A program made the position numbers and the translations under genes. DNA of 32,000 nucleotides, taken from NCBI GenBank assembly GCA_015257795.3, contig CP072208.2, forward strand, positions 631,356-663,355. Reading direction: 5' to 3'. The stretch's first letter is position 1; the number at the start of each line of letters is the position of its first letter. Shown piece by piece: positions 1 through 8,826 of the stretch. This stretch comes from Candidatus Nanogingivalaceae bacterium (lineage in GTDB: Bacteria; Patescibacteriota; Saccharimonadia; Saccharimonadales; Saccharimonadaceae). Under the pieces are notes generated by a model. The model worked only from the letters and a program-made list of their open reading frames with translations, did no database searches and was not told the DNA's origin.

Positions 1-888
1 GATTAGCCCTTGCTCATCTATAAACTTCTGTCTATCACTTAATAGCTTGTTCCGCTCTAAAATTGAAATCTCTTTTTCCGCAAGATAGTTTTCAAGTGTG
101 GTTTGTTTTTCTAAGAGCTCCTTAATCGCCTGTAAAAAATTAACTTTTTCTTGATATTTTTGTAAAAATTTTATCTGCGTTTGAAGTAGTCGCTGGTTTC
201 TTTCTTGAATTCTCGAAAGATCTTCTGGATGGGAGTCTGATCCTGTAGTAAACCTATATGCAACCATTGGCTCTTCTATTGTTGAAAGTTTGGTCTTAAC
301 AAATAATTCCAGTTGGATATCAAATGTATCATCAGGAGTTTTAGTATCAAGTGTATTGTTTATTTCCTTCATTAGTTCAGTATTAACTAACCATGTTGAA
401 GCATTTGTAAAACCTTTAGAAATTAACATCTCAGTAAAATCTTCGGGCATTTTTACAAATTTTTCAGCGAAAGACTTTTTAAAAAGAATTTCCCCTTCCT
501 CATTCTCAGTTTGAAATTCAGTATTACACCATTTCGAATCTTTATTACTCTCGAGAAGATCGACTTGTTTTTGTAGCTTATCTTTTTTAATCCAATAATC
601 ATCACCGTCGCACCGAGCTATATATTTGCCTCGAGCCTTATTACATATTTTCTTCCAAGTTTTCGCAATCCCTAGATTTTTTTCATTTTCGAAGAAACGA
701 ATCTTCTTAGGATTTTCATTTGCAAATTTTCGAATAATTTTAGACGATGCATCGGTGGAAGCGTCGTCAATAATTAAAATCTCAAACTCAAAACTAGTTT
801 CCTGCATTAAAAAGCTCTCAATTGCTTGCGCAATCCACTTTTCTTTATTGAAACTCGTACAAACTACAGAAACTAACGGATTTTTCAT
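1..888 (-). CDS. Family 2 glycosyltransferase; the 3' end runs off the window
   Basis: Absent from the ORF track because it has no stop in the window. Minus-strand ATG at 888..886 is preceded by GAGGAG. My translation is MKNPLVSVVCTSFNKEKWIAQAIESFLMQETSFEFEILIIDDASTDASS...RCDGDDYW, a typical GT2 N-terminus with an acidic DxD-like motif. The frame stays open to position 1 (296 codons), and the C-terminal part looks coiled-coil. Confidence 0.8.
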   Translation of the reverse strand, partial: MKNPLVSVVCTSFNKEKWIAQAIESFLMQETSFEFEILIIDDASTDASSKIIRKFANENPKKIRFFENEKNLGIAKTWKKICNKARGKYIARCDGDDYWIKKDKLQKQVDLLESNKDSKWCNTEFQTENEEGEILFKKSFAEKFVKMPEDFTEMLISKGFTNASTWLVNTELMKEINNTLDTKTPDDTFDIQLELFVKTKLSTIEEPMVAYRFTTGSDSHPEDLSRIQERNQRLLQTQIKFLQKYQEKVNFLQAIKELLEKQTTLENYLAEKEISILERNKLLSDRQKFIDEQGLI

Positions 889-968
889 TTACTACTTTTC
901 TCCTCAATAGATGTTTCAATTGTTTAAACTAATATCCTAAAAGATAACTCCCGTTCTCAAGATTGATC

Positions 969-2168
969 TTATTTGATCCTTTCAACCTTAAAAACTTCAC
1001 TATTGAGCAATGCATAATCTGAAATTTCTTTTTTGTTTGAAAGCTTAAAAATTAAGGAATTTTCATCATTCGTAAAGCCAATTAAGTTTTCATTACCACT
1101 CAACTTTTTATTGGCATCTCGAATTGAAGCAGTAAGCTTAAACTCACTACTGTTAAATAATTCCATCGGAATTGAAAACCTTACCTTTTGGTCACCACGA
1201 TCAACATAAACTTGGCTCGAATCGTAGACAATTCCACCACGAGTTTGATCGAACATAGCCACTGCAAGGAAGATTTTTTTCTTACCTATATAATTATACT
1301 CTACCTCAAATTCAAAATTCTCTTTATTTGATACAACTTTTTTACTGATTGCATTAATCTTTAATTTAGTCAGTTCATCATTCAAACCAAGAACTTCTTG
1401 AGTTTCAGGCTCTTTCTTTCCAAGTTTTTCAAGATTTAATTGGGTGTAAGCTTCAACAACTTCATCGATACTTCCAAGAGAAGCAACTTCACCTTGGTTA
1501 ATCATAATAGCCTTATTACAATATCTACGCACAGAAGACATAGAGTGCGTCACAAGGATGACAGTTTTAGTCTTATCTTTTTTAATTTTCGAGAAGAAAT
1601 CATCACATTTTCGCTGGAAAGCTTCATCACCAACCGCCAAAACTTCATCCAAAACCAGGATATCACCCTGAGCTTTAATCGCAATCGAAAAAGCCAAACG
1701 AACTTGCATTCCGCTAGAGTAATTCTTTAGTTTTTGGTCCATAAATTCTTCAAGTTCCGCAAACTCAACAATTTCGTCATACATTGCCGAAACTTCATCT
1801 TTCGAAAAACCTAAAAGCGCACCGTTAAGATAAATATTTTCACGACCAGTTAGCTCTGGGTTGAATCCAACGCCAAGCTCAATAAATGGAATTAATGTCC
1901 CGTTAACTTTTACAGTTCCTTTTTCAGGAGTATAAATTTGTGAAATAATTTTTAAAAGAGTCGATTTTCCTGAGCCGTTTCTTCCAACTATGCCAAAAAA
2001 ATCACCTTTTTCAACTTTAAATGAAATATCTTTTAAAACATGTTGTTCTTTGTAACCTTTAATTCCTTTTGTCCAGTTTACGAAAGCCTGTTTAATACCG
2101 TTAGCCTGTTCAGTTGGCAAACGAAAACTTTTCGAAACATGTTTCACTTCTAAAGCGTATTTTCCCAT
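969..2168 (-). CDS. Polysaccharide/teichoic-acid ABC exporter ATP-binding subunit (Wzt/TagH type) with an extra C-terminal domain
   Basis: Walker A GRNGSGKST, ABC signature YSSGMQVRL and Walker B ILVLDE. A non-ATPase C-terminal extension of about 150 aa resembles that of Wzt/TagH. Its start overlaps the upstream permease stop as TAATG. Confidence 0.9.
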   Translation of the reverse strand: MGKYALEVKHVSKSFRLPTEQANGIKQAFVNWTKGIKGYKEQHVLKDISFKVEKGDFFGIVGRNGSGKSTLLKIISQIYTPEKGTVKVNGTLIPFIELGVGFNPELTGRENIYLNGALLGFSKDEVSAMYDEIVEFAELEEFMDQKLKNYSSGMQVRLAFSIAIKAQGDILVLDEVLAVGDEAFQRKCDDFFSKIKKDKTKTVILVTHSMSSVRRYCNKAIMINQGEVASLGSIDEVVEAYTQLNLEKLGKKEPETQEVLGLNDELTKLKINAISKKVVSNKENFEFEVEYNYIGKKKIFLAVAMFDQTRGGIVYDSSQVYVDRGDQKVRFSIPMELFNSSEFKLTASIRDANKKLSGNENLIGFTNDENSLIFKLSNKKEISDYALLNSEVFKVERIK

Positions 2169-2992
2169 TACATAATCTCCGCAAATTTCTTTGAATTTTT
2201 ATTAAAATACCAAAGTCCGAAAACAACCAAAAATATTGCTAGCGAAATTGGAATTATTGCTATCCAATAATTTTGGAATAGTGTCCAAAAAGTTGGCGTT
2301 TCTAGTGCAATTAAATTATGGCGAATATCCTGGATTGCTAGCGCTATTGGATTAAGCATCATTAATTTCGCAACTGATACGCCAAAAATTGAGACTTTTG
2401 ATACCATTGAAATTGGGTACATAATCGGCATTGAATATACCAGAATCTGCATAAAAACTTCCCAGATATGCGAAACATCGCGGAATTTAACATATAGAGT
2501 CGACAAGATCAACGCAAGACCAAAAGCAACTGCAAATAACAGAATGATGTTAAAAGGTAGCCATAAAACTGTTAGGTGATACTTCACCCCTGCAAATATT
2601 GCAAACGCTAGCACTACTAGAAGATTTATCGAAAGCGAGATTAAAGCACTCACCATCGAAGAAAGAATCACGATGTATTTTGGAAAATTAATTTTCCGCA
2701 TCAAATCACCGCGAGAAACAATAGACGTCATTCCTAATGTTACAGCTTCAGTAAAGAACGCCCAAAGCGAAAGACCCAAAAGTAATGTAATTGCATAGTT
2801 AGGAATTGAAGGGTCAGTAATTCGCAAAAATTTAACAAAAACAAAGTACATCACCACAAAAATCATAAGCGGTTTTAATACCGACCATAGAATCCCTAAA
2901 ACCGACCCTTGGTACCTTAATTTAAAATCTGTTTTAACGAGCTCCGCAAGTAAGACTCGGTTTCTCTTATCAAAAAATCCCATTTTAGTCAT
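2168..2992 (-). CDS. ABC-2 type exporter permease (Wzm/TagG-like)
   Basis: Multi-pass hydrophobic protein with the ABC-2 style N-terminus LVKTDFKLRYQGSVLGILW. It is translationally coupled to the ATPase gene. Confidence 0.85.
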   Translation of the reverse strand: MTKMGFFDKRNRVLLAELVKTDFKLRYQGSVLGILWSVLKPLMIFVVMYFVFVKFLRITDPSIPNYAITLLLGLSLWAFFTEAVTLGMTSIVSRGDLMRKINFPKYIVILSSMVSALISLSINLLVVLAFAIFAGVKYHLTVLWLPFNIILLFAVAFGLALILSTLYVKFRDVSHIWEVFMQILVYSMPIMYPISMVSKVSIFGVSVAKLMMLNPIALAIQDIRHNLIALETPTFWTLFQNYWIAIIPISLAIFLVVFGLWYFNKNSKKFAEIM

Positions 2993-3002
2993 TATGCTTA
3001 CA

Positions 3003-3011
3003 ATTATACCA
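3003..3011 (-). promoter_or_regulatory. Extended -10 promoter (TGgTATAAT) for the exporter operon
   Basis: The minus strand reads aTGgTATAAT, then 10 nt, then the ATG at 2992. There is no Shine-Dalgarno sequence in between. Confidence 0.5.
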
Positions 3012-3023
3012 TATTAATCTATT

Positions 3024-3053
3024 AAAAAAAAGATCACTCTCGAGAGAGAATGA
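3024..3053 (-). terminator. Intrinsic terminator after the lectin gene
   Basis: Hairpin tcactctc / gagaatga (8 bp with one mismatch, loop gaga) at 3034..3053. On the minus strand it is followed by a run of eight T (plus-strand A run 3024..3031). Confidence 0.5.
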
Positions 3054-3065
3054 CCTTTTTAAAAA

Positions 3066-5342
3066 CTATTGTTTTAATTTCCACTGTTGAGAAAGAGTCT
3101 GGTTTCTTGAATACAATTGTAACTTAGTACCGGACACGCCTATCATCCCCCCAGACACATCTATAGTCTTGTTGGAATCACAGGCGGATAAAATTTCATA
3201 CAACCCGTTATCGCTCTTTAAGATTTTCCATTTTTGAGCACAAGTTCCGTTATAATCATAGAGTTGAAGTTTAGTACCGTTTGATATTCTACCACCAGAC
3301 ACATCAATTACTTTACCGTTATCACTACGGATGACATAAAGATTGTCTGAAGTTTTTTCGATAGTAAAATTCTGAGCAAGTGTTTTATTTTGGTTGTATA
3401 TTTGTAAATTCGCACCATTAGTCATTCTACCACTAGCTACATCCATCGCTAATGTAGTCATGGTTGAAACTACATGCTTACCTTCTACCTCATCGCTATT
3501 AGATATTTGTTCATCTAAAGCCTTAATAGTGTTAACATCCTCAATCTTCCATCTTTGTGCATCGGTGTTATTAGAGCTATAACCTTGAAGATATGAGCCG
3601 CTAGTATTAATAGCGCCATTAACAACATCTATAACAAAACCTCCAGAACAAGCATTTTGAACCTTATAAGCGCCTCTTTCATCGGCATGAATTGACCAAA
3701 GTTGCTCGCAAGAATTTTGTCTATCATGATTGAAGCGTAGTTGCTTAGCATTTACATTCTCAGTTATTTCCAAAAAACTTCCACTAGATATACTTTTAAT
3801 TTTATAGAACACTCCGTCATACTTTTTTATCTCAAATTGTTGAATTGGGCTATTTGAGACAAAATCTACGATATGAGCGGAAGCTTCTTCATTCTTAATA
3901 CCTATAACCTTGTTAGATACAAAATTCGAAATCTTAAACGTTCCATTTAGGCCTTGAGATAAAGATTTAATATTGAACTCTTGAGATGGCGTATCATTCC
4001 TGCTATAAAGTTGAAGTTTAGTACCAGAAGAATTTACATTTCCACCGACTATATCCAACGCTTTATTTCCATTACACTTAGAAAGAATTTCAATCTTTCC
4101 GTTAGGTTTTCTACTTAAAGCCCATTTTTGTGCACAAGTTCCATTATAATCATAAAGTTGAACCGAAGCTCCATTAATAGTTCTTCCTCCAGCCACATCA
4201 AGAACTTTTCCTGATCCTAAGTTCCTAATAACGTAGTATCCGTCGTCAGTCTGTTCGAATGAAAATTGTTGCGCTTTAGAACTATTTGCAGCATAGATTT
4301 GAATACGAGCACCATTTGAGTTGATTGCGCCATTTTCAATATCTAAATTTAATGAAGAGTTAGCCGAAACTGCATAAGAATCTTTAGGCAAAGCCACATT
4401 AGATTTAACAATTTCAACCTTGTCATCAGTAGTTGAACCAAATAACTGATTGTAGAACATGAAGAAATTACGATTTCCGTAAGCGCCACAATTTGCAGTT
4501 CCTGGGAAGTTTGCAAGTGCTGCATCATTTGGAACATATGGAGTGTAGATATACAAGCTTAGTGTTGCAACATTTTCAATATTAACTCGTTTTGTTCCAC
4601 ATGCTGGATTTGGCGAATATTGTATATTATTCCAACCAATTCTCAAAGAGTATCCGCCATCTTTATAGTGATCTTTATAATATTTTAATTGCCAAGCAGC
4701 AAGAGTCATCTGTTTATAAAAACCAGCTTTCGAATTTACACAAGCAGCAGTATAGTTTGGCCCAGAATCAGGACAACCATAACCCATTGCATATTTATAT
4801 TGACCCTTTACCGGCCAATTATCATTTAAGACATTCTGTGATTCCTTTTTTAATAGGACTAAAAGAACCTTCGGGCTAATTCCATATTCTTGAGCAGCAT
4901 TATAAATAATTTGCGCAGCTGATATCCCGCCACTAAACGCTCCACCACCTTTTTCGAAAGAAGTTTCACCTGTATTTGGATTTTCGTGATAGTTGTTTAT
5001 ACAAACATACGGCGGTTGATGCCAATAACTCGAACGTTGAGCCGCCGCAAATTGCGCCGCGGTTCGTCCATCACCCCTACCAGACGGCCCACTACCCCAA
5101 GTATCACATTGTCCAACTTGACTATTTAAAAATGCCTGAATTTGTTGAACATTCATAGAGTCTTTATCATAAAAAACACTATCATCAATAATTCTTCCTG
5201 GATTAAAATCAGTTGCGCGTACTGCGCTTGAGATATTTCGAATTATAGCTAAAGCACTAAAAACAATTAGTGCCACAACTGGAACCCCAATAAAAACTGC
5301 TTTTCTAAATTCTCTATTTCTCGATCGTAAAACTTTGAGCAT
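3066..5342 (-). CDS. Secreted or membrane-anchored protein: N-terminal signal anchor, a conserved Cys-containing domain of about 300 aa with unknown function, then three ricin-B (beta-trefoil) lectin domains
   Basis: Hydrophobic N-terminus AVFIGVPVVALIVFSALAII. Repeated QxW-type lectin subrepeats are visible (AQKWAL, SQEFNI, EQLWSI, AQRWKI, AQNFTI, AQKWKI, SQQWKL), each preceded by a (D)V.GG......G..(L)Q(L)Y pattern. Confidence 0.8.
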   Translation of the reverse strand: MLKVLRSRNREFRKAVFIGVPVVALIVFSALAIIRNISSAVRATDFNPGRIIDDSVFYDKDSMNVQQIQAFLNSQVGQCDTWGSGPSGRGDGRTAAQFAAAQRSSYWHQPPYVCINNYHENPNTGETSFEKGGGAFSGGISAAQIIYNAAQEYGISPKVLLVLLKKESQNVLNDNWPVKGQYKYAMGYGCPDSGPNYTAACVNSKAGFYKQMTLAAWQLKYYKDHYKDGGYSLRIGWNNIQYSPNPACGTKRVNIENVATLSLYIYTPYVPNDAALANFPGTANCGAYGNRNFFMFYNQLFGSTTDDKVEIVKSNVALPKDSYAVSANSSLNLDIENGAINSNGARIQIYAANSSKAQQFSFEQTDDGYYVIRNLGSGKVLDVAGGRTINGASVQLYDYNGTCAQKWALSRKPNGKIEILSKCNGNKALDIVGGNVNSSGTKLQLYSRNDTPSQEFNIKSLSQGLNGTFKISNFVSNKVIGIKNEEASAHIVDFVSNSPIQQFEIKKYDGVFYKIKSISSGSFLEITENVNAKQLRFNHDRQNSCEQLWSIHADERGAYKVQNACSGGFVIDVVNGAINTSGSYLQGYSSNNTDAQRWKIEDVNTIKALDEQISNSDEVEGKHVVSTMTTLAMDVASGRMTNGANLQIYNQNKTLAQNFTIEKTSDNLYVIRSDNGKVIDVSGGRISNGTKLQLYDYNGTCAQKWKILKSDNGLYEILSACDSNKTIDVSGGMIGVSGTKLQLYSRNQTLSQQWKLKQ
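3069..4379 (-). repeat. Intragenic repeat: three ricin-B modules, with the first (3957..4379) and third (3069..3485) closely similar at the DNA level
   Basis: Compare tgagcacaagttccgttataatcatagagttgaagtttagtacc (about 3235) with tgtgcacaagttccattataatcataaagttgaaccgaagctcc (about 4130). At the protein level compare LQLYDYNGTCAQKWALSRKPNGKIEILSKC with LQLYDYNGTCAQKWKILKSDNGLYEILSAC. Confidence 0.8.
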
Positions 5343-5925
5343 CAGATTTTCCTTCTTGTTTTTGTTTTATATTTTTATATGTTGTTACCGCAGTCCACTT
5401 ACCAGATTTAAGATCATTATCACTGATTTTTTTCGAAACAGCCTTACAATACTTATTGTTTGGACTTTCTAAAATTTCAGTTGAAAGTTCAATAGTAGTT
5501 CCGTCTGTATGGGTTAGAGTATACGAACATTTCCCGTTTCCGTCATCATAAAGCAATCCTGAAATTTGTCCAGCAACACGAACTGCACCATCTTCAACTT
5601 GAACTGTTGTATAAGTCGGGAAACTGGTATATCCTGATGTATCAGTAGTTCCTTCTGCACGATCTGTTGTCGTATTCTTGGTTTTTGAATCAATAATCTT
5701 TTTTTCAGATTCGTCTTGTTTTTTATTTTCATTTTCAGATTTTTTTGAATCTGTTTTTTTATCTTCAACCTTCGAAGTTTTTTCTTCTTTTTTATTTTCA
5801 CTTTTATCGCTCTTTCGTGAATTCATCCACCAAAAAGCTCCGCCAGCTCCAAGCAGCAAAATAATCGCAACAATTACGAAAGCAATAATTTTAGTTTTTT
5901 TAGTATTTTGTCTATTTATTTTCAT
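5314..5925 (-). CDS. Membrane-anchored hypothetical protein with a Lys/Glu-rich low-complexity linker and a small two-Cys C-terminal domain
   Basis: AGGAG lies upstream of the ATG. One N-terminal TM segment (IIAFVIVAIILLLGAGGAFWW) is followed by a KSENKKEEK-type linker. I recognise no family. Confidence 0.6.
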   Translation of the reverse strand: MKINRQNTKKTKIIAFVIVAIILLLGAGGAFWWMNSRKSDKSENKKEEKTSKVEDKKTDSKKSENENKKQDESEKKIIDSKTKNTTTDRAEGTTDTSGYTSFPTYTTVQVEDGAVRVAGQISGLLYDDGNGKCSYTLTHTDGTTIELSTEILESPNNKYCKAVSKKISDNDLKSGKWTAVTTYKNIKQKQEGKSDAQSFTIEK

Positions 5926-5998
5926 TTTTTCTCCTGAAACAATTTTATCATAAGCTCAATAAAAAATCAACGTTTTTAAAGTTTTTTTAAACTTTTTA

Positions 5999-6007
5999 TG
6001 TTATAAT
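5999..6007 (+). promoter_or_regulatory. Extended -10 promoter (TGtTATAAT) 9 nt upstream of the ATG
   Basis: The sequence reads tatgttataat, then ataactact, then the ATG at 6017. There is no SD, which implies a leaderless or near-leaderless mRNA. Confidence 0.5.
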
Positions 6008-6016
6008 ATAACTACT

Positions 6017-6982
6017 ATGAAAAAACTCATCACGATTATGATACCCGCCTATAATGAGGAAAAAGCTCTACCAAAACTTTTCGAAAGGCTAGATCTTTTA
6101 GCCAACAATGTAATAAAATACGATTTCGAATTCCTTTTTATTAACGATGGATCAAAAGATCGAACGATGAAAATTATTCACGACCAAAGCGAAAAAGACC
6201 CGCGAATTTCATACATCAATTTAAGCCGTAATTTCGGCAAAGAAAATGCGATGCTCGCTGGATTTGATTACGCTAAGGGTGATGCTCTAGTGATTATTGA
6301 TGCTGACCTCCAAGATCCGCCTGAATTAATTCCTGCAATGATCAATCTTTGGGAAGATGGCTATGATGACATTTACGCTAAGCGTGAATCTCGTGAAGGT
6401 GAAACTTGGCTTAAAAAACAAACTTCGAAATGGTTTTATAATATTCTTGACACTATTTCACAAATCGAAATTCAACGAGATACCGGAGATTTCCGACTAC
6501 TCGATCGGCGAGCTGTCGAGGCTTTAAAAACCTTGCGCGAAACAAACCGATATACAAAAGGTATGTTTTCTTGGATCGGTTTTAAGAAAAAAGAAATCAC
6601 CTATAAACGAGACGCTCGTGTTGCCGGCGAAACTAAATGGAATTATGCCAAACTCATTAATTTAGCCGTTGAGGGAATCACTAGTTTTACCGTTGCTCCT
6701 CTTCGAATTGCAACATTCACTGGAATTCTAATTTCAATAGGTGCATTTATTTGGATTGCTTTCTTGGTAATTCGGCCTCTTTTTGGTGTACCGGTTGGAA
6801 ACGGTTATGCTTCAATTATGTCTGTAATTCTATTTCTAGGTGGCATTCAGCTTCTTTCGATTGGTATTCTTGGTGAATATATTGGCAAAATTTTTATTGA
6901 ATCAAAAAATCGACCAGTTTATCTAGCGCAAGAAATCAAGGAGTTTAAGCGTGAAAAATCTACTAAAAAAGCTCAAAAATAA
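6017..6982 (+). CDS. Polyprenol-phosphate glycosyltransferase, GT2 (GtrB/CsbB-like)
   Basis: IMIPAYNEE...FLFINDGSKD...NLSRNFGKENAMLAGF...VIIDADLQDPPELI, plus two C-terminal TM helices. This is the typical GtrB/DPM1-like architecture. Confidence 0.9.
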   Translation: MKKLITIMIPAYNEEKALPKLFERLDLLANNVIKYDFEFLFINDGSKDRTMKIIHDQSEKDPRISYINLSRNFGKENAMLAGFDYAKGDALVIIDADLQDPPELIPAMINLWEDGYDDIYAKRESREGETWLKKQTSKWFYNILDTISQIEIQRDTGDFRLLDRRAVEALKTLRETNRYTKGMFSWIGFKKKEITYKRDARVAGETKWNYAKLINLAVEGITSFTVAPLRIATFTGILISIGAFIWIAFLVIRPLFGVPVGNGYASIMSVILFLGGIQLLSIGILGEYIGKIFIESKNRPVYLAQEIKEFKREKSTKKAQK

Positions 6983-7379
6983 CCAAGCTTTCTGGTTCTC
7001 GATAATTGGTGGAATTAATACAGCACTCGACTTTATAATTCTTTTTGTTTTAACATCTTTTGGTATAAAAATTTTCATTGCGAACATTTTTTCAACTGGG
7101 ATCACATTTATTATTAGCTTTCTAATGAATAAGAAAATAACCTTCAAATCTGTTTCGAATAATAAAAAAGAACTTATTCACGAAATGGTTTTATTTATTC
7201 TCGTAACTCTTTTTGGACTTTGGGTTATTCAAAATATTGTCATCTCAACCACAATGCCAATTTTCGAAAACTTACTTAAAAATAAGCGAATATCATTATT
7301 ACTATCAAAACTTATTGCTACTATTTTCAGTTTAATTTGGAACTTTATACTCTATAAAAAAGTAGTCTTCAAAAAATAA
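6951..7379 (+). CDS. GtrA-family small membrane protein (putative lipid-linked sugar translocase)
   Basis: GTG start at 6951, 7 nt after AAGGAG (6938..6943). It has four hydrophobic segments and the GtrA-like motif FSIIGGINTALDFIILFVL. It overlaps the 3' end of the GtrB-like gene. Confidence 0.8.
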   Translation: MKNLLKKLKNNQAFWFSIIGGINTALDFIILFVLTSFGIKIFIANIFSTGITFIISFLMNKKITFKSVSNNKKELIHEMVLFILVTLFGLWVIQNIVISTTMPIFENLLKNKRISLLLSKLIATIFSLIWNFILYKKVVFKK

Positions 7380-7403
7380 AAGCGGCCAGTTACAGCCGTT
7401 TTT
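7378..7403. terminator. Bidirectional intrinsic terminator between convergent genes
   Basis: The sequence aaaagcggc cagttaca gccgttttt forms a GC-containing stem flanked by an A run and a T run. Confidence 0.55.
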
Positions 7404-7412
7404 ATTATATTT

Positions 7413-8135
7413 CTAATTACTGAAAAATTGTCTTGCTCGTTCTGTTTTTGGATTATCCATAACTTCAGATGGCTTCCCATCTTCAATAATTACACCTTTA
7501 TCTAGAAAAATCATCCTTGTACCAACTTCTCGGGCAAATTTCATCTCGTGCGTAACAATAACCATAGTCATCCCTTTTTCAGCAACCTCTCGAATAACAT
7601 CAAGAACTTCACCAATCATTTCAGGGTCGAGGGCAGAAGTTGGCTCATCAAAGAGCATAATTTTCGGCTCCATTGCTAGAGCTCGCGCAATTGCTACACG
7701 CTGTTTTTGACCACCTGATAAACTATTTGGCATCGCTTTAGCTTTATTTAACAAACCGACGTCATTTAATAGTTCTCTAGCTTTTTTGGTGATTGCCCTA
7801 TCTGAAACTTTTCGAAGTTTTTTAGGTGCCAGCTTGATATTTTCGATCACACTATAGTTCGGAAAAAGATTAAACTGTTGAAAAACCATTCCAACTTCTC
7901 TTCGCAACTTATTTAAATCAGTTTTCTTATCGGTAATTTTTACGCCATCAACAATAATTTCTCCCGATGTCGGTTCTTCAAGTAAATTCAAGCATCTCAA
8001 AAATGTCGATTTTCCCGAGCCGCTCGAACCAACGATAACGACAACTTCGCCTTCCTCAATATCAATATCGATATCTTTTAAAACATGATTAGAACCGTAA
8101 TTCTTTTTTAAGTTCTTAATGCTAATTATTTTCAT
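7413..8135 (-). CDS. Polar amino-acid ABC transporter ATP-binding protein (GlnQ/ArtP-like)
   Basis: Walker A GSSGSGKST, signature LSGGQKQRVAIARAL, Walker B IMLFDEPTSALD and H-loop VTHEM. Confidence 0.92.
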   Translation of the reverse strand: MKIISIKNLKKNYGSNHVLKDIDIDIEEGEVVVIVGSSGSGKSTFLRCLNLLEEPTSGEIIVDGVKITDKKTDLNKLRREVGMVFQQFNLFPNYSVIENIKLAPKKLRKVSDRAITKKARELLNDVGLLNKAKAMPNSLSGGQKQRVAIARALAMEPKIMLFDEPTSALDPEMIGEVLDVIREVAEKGMTMVIVTHEMKFAREVGTRMIFLDKGVIIEDGKPSEVMDNPKTERARQFFSN

Positions 8136-8826
8136 TATCTAATTTCCTCTCAACCTTTGACATAATTCGTGTAAAAATCGCTGTTAAAGCAAGATAAATC
8201 AAAGCAGCTGCAAAAAGTGATTGAAACGCAGTTGAAGTTTGGAAACGAATATTATCCGCACCACGCATAATATCGCTTAAACCAATCCAACCGACAATTG
8301 AGGTTTCCTTAAGCAATGCGATAAATTCACTAATAAGTGGCGGTAACGAATTTCGAAACGCTTGCGGCAAAATTACTAGTCGCATAGCTTGCCAATTACT
8401 AAAACCTAGCGAACGAGCAGCTTCCGTTTGTCCCTTATCAATACTTTCAATTCCCCCACGAATAATCTCAGCAATATAAGCTCCCGCATTTATTCCAAAG
8501 GCGATTGCTGCCGTGAAAATTTTTGGCATGAATTGATACGAACCGAACACAACATAATACATAATTAAAAGCTGTACAAGTAAAGGTGTTCCGCGAATAA
8601 TATCTACATAAATTTTTCCCAAAAAAGCTAACGGATTGAACTTTGCTAATTTCTTATTTTTTGAATTTCGAAATGGCTGAAAATTCGATGTTCGCATTAA
8701 GGCAATTAAAACACCAATAATCGAACCTAAAATTACTGAAAGTACCGTTAATACGAGCGTAACTTCTAAACCTTGCCAAAGAAAAATCCACCGATTTCCG
8801 CCAAAAATTACTTCCCAAAAATTCAT
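8122..8826 (-). CDS. Polar amino-acid ABC transporter permease (His/Glu/Gln/Arg/opine family)
   Basis: EAA-type loop motif QTEAARSLGFSNWQAMRLVILPQA in a multi-TM protein. It overlaps both neighbouring genes. Confidence 0.9.
   Translation of the reverse strand: MNFWEVIFGGNRWIFLWQGLEVTLVLTVLSVILGSIIGVLIALMRTSNFQPFRNSKNKKLAKFNPLAFLGKIYVDIIRGTPLLVQLLIMYYVVFGSYQFMPKIFTAAIAFGINAGAYIAEIIRGGIESIDKGQTEAARSLGFSNWQAMRLVILPQAFRNSLPPLISEFIALLKETSIVGWIGLSDIMRGADNIRFQTSTAFQSLFAAALIYLALTAIFTRIMSKVERKLDNENN

Noticed and set aside
290-5158. Plus-strand ORFs at 290..514, 626..910, 1440..1730, 3394..3582, 4592..4879 and 4976..5158, and the minus-strand ORF at 4349..4537
   Set aside because: All lie antisense to, or out of frame within, well-supported minus-strand genes (GT2, the ABC ATPase and the lectin protein). 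Their translations are low-complexity and hydrophobic-looking, with no motifs.
5514-5953. ORFs 5514..5801 (-) and 5678..5953 (+) overlapping the Lys/Glu-rich gene
   Set aside because: They are alternative-frame readings of an AAG/GAA-rich low-complexity stretch. The 5314..5925 frame has an SD, a TM anchor and a structured C-terminus.
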